Source: Ostrea edulis
Taxonomy: Eukaryota
Direction: 5' to 3'
DNA: 64,000 nucleotides
NCBI RefSeq assembly: GCF_947568905.1
Contig: NC_079168.1
Location: 17,608,001-17,672,000 of the forward strand
The position numbers and the translations under genes were made by a program. The notes beneath the pieces are model-generated. The model was given only the letters and a program-made list of their open reading frames with translations. It was not told where the DNA came from and did not search any database. This document shows positions 63,046 through 64,000 of this stretch, piece after piece (position 1 is the stretch's first letter; the number at the start of each line of letters is the position of its first letter).

Positions 63046-64000
63046 CTGTTAAAACTGTCAAGGACATAGTTCAATGAATATTGTATCGTTAAAACGTCAG
63101 CTGACAATAATAAAGGTGTTATACAAACAAACCTGTGGTGGATGGCACAGTGGAAGTATCTCGATGCTTTGTTGACATTATATAATCCTAAAATTATTAT
63201 TAAAGGTATGTAAATATATCGTATATATTATGAATACATAATGATAATAAAATTGACATTAGCTTATGTTTTTCTTTTGTCTTTAAGCACGGTGGTCATG
63301 ACTCGGAAGTGACCTTTCCACTACACTTAGTTGAAAATGCCTCTACTTCATTATGTAAACAATGGACACAGGGGGTAATTACTGCATAATCAACATCGAC
63401 GCTTATACAAAATCCATTGCTTCCCTGAGTAAAAACTCATAAAAATCAACTTACCAAGAACGATAAAATCCTTATTTACATAAACTCTACCATATTTATA
63501 TCCACATTATGCATAGTTTCCAACACGCCAACTAATGATTAAAAACAACATCAACAGATATTTACTTTTCGCCGATAACGGCTTACCTGAATTAATTTGT
63601 TCTTATACTGTTAGGATATCAGATTTACCTAGTCACCCCATTAAACGAACTGACTGTTGACTATTATACATGCACAGTGTCGTTCGTCAGCCATTGCAGT
63701 TTAAAACTTTCAAAGCTCCTACTCCAAAGTCACAAATAGTCAAACAACCATACCCAGTAGTGTGACCATGGACTTTTAAAAAAAAAATCCAGCCTTCTAG
63801 TTGGATGTGTGTCGCTAACTTCTAACACAACTTTAAATTGACACCATTAATTAAATGATATTATTTAAATGTCTGTTCAGAAATGCAATGACTGAAATGT
63901 GTAGTACATGCATTTCACAATTGACGCAGCTACCTTTATTCGGTATTTCGTTCCGGTTTATTACTAGCGATTCAATTCTAATCTATTGTATTACCGCAGG

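Noticed and set aside
63445-63610. Candidate upstream exons of the calmodulin-like gene (GTAAG donors near 63455 and 63586)
   Set aside because: No unambiguous ATG and frame could be assigned, so they were left out of the gene model.

Overview
AT-rich, repeat-dense animal genomic DNA. The repeat content (SINEs with Meta/V-type cores, Helentron-type elements carrying 140-166 bp satellites) points to a bivalve, probably an oyster; this is inference. By reading splice sites I reconstructed a tandem cluster of eight minus-strand, five-exon, secreted single-domain C-type lectin (perlucin-like) loci, labelled A-H. A, C, F and G look intact (A runs off the window edge), D has a doubtful first exon, and B, E and H are pseudogenes. 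A four-EF-hand calmodulin-like gene follows the cluster. E-F and G-H are a tandem duplication of a two-gene cassette with reciprocal gene loss. Introns and spacers hold two mariner elements, a DIRS/Ngaro remnant, LINE fragments, several SINE families, MITEs, minisatellites and a 185-bp-arm foldback element. They also hold four copies of a short retroposon carrying a minimal type I hammerhead ribozyme of the Penelope-like kind (two intact, two inactivated). Most entries in the supplied ORF track are artefacts of repeats.
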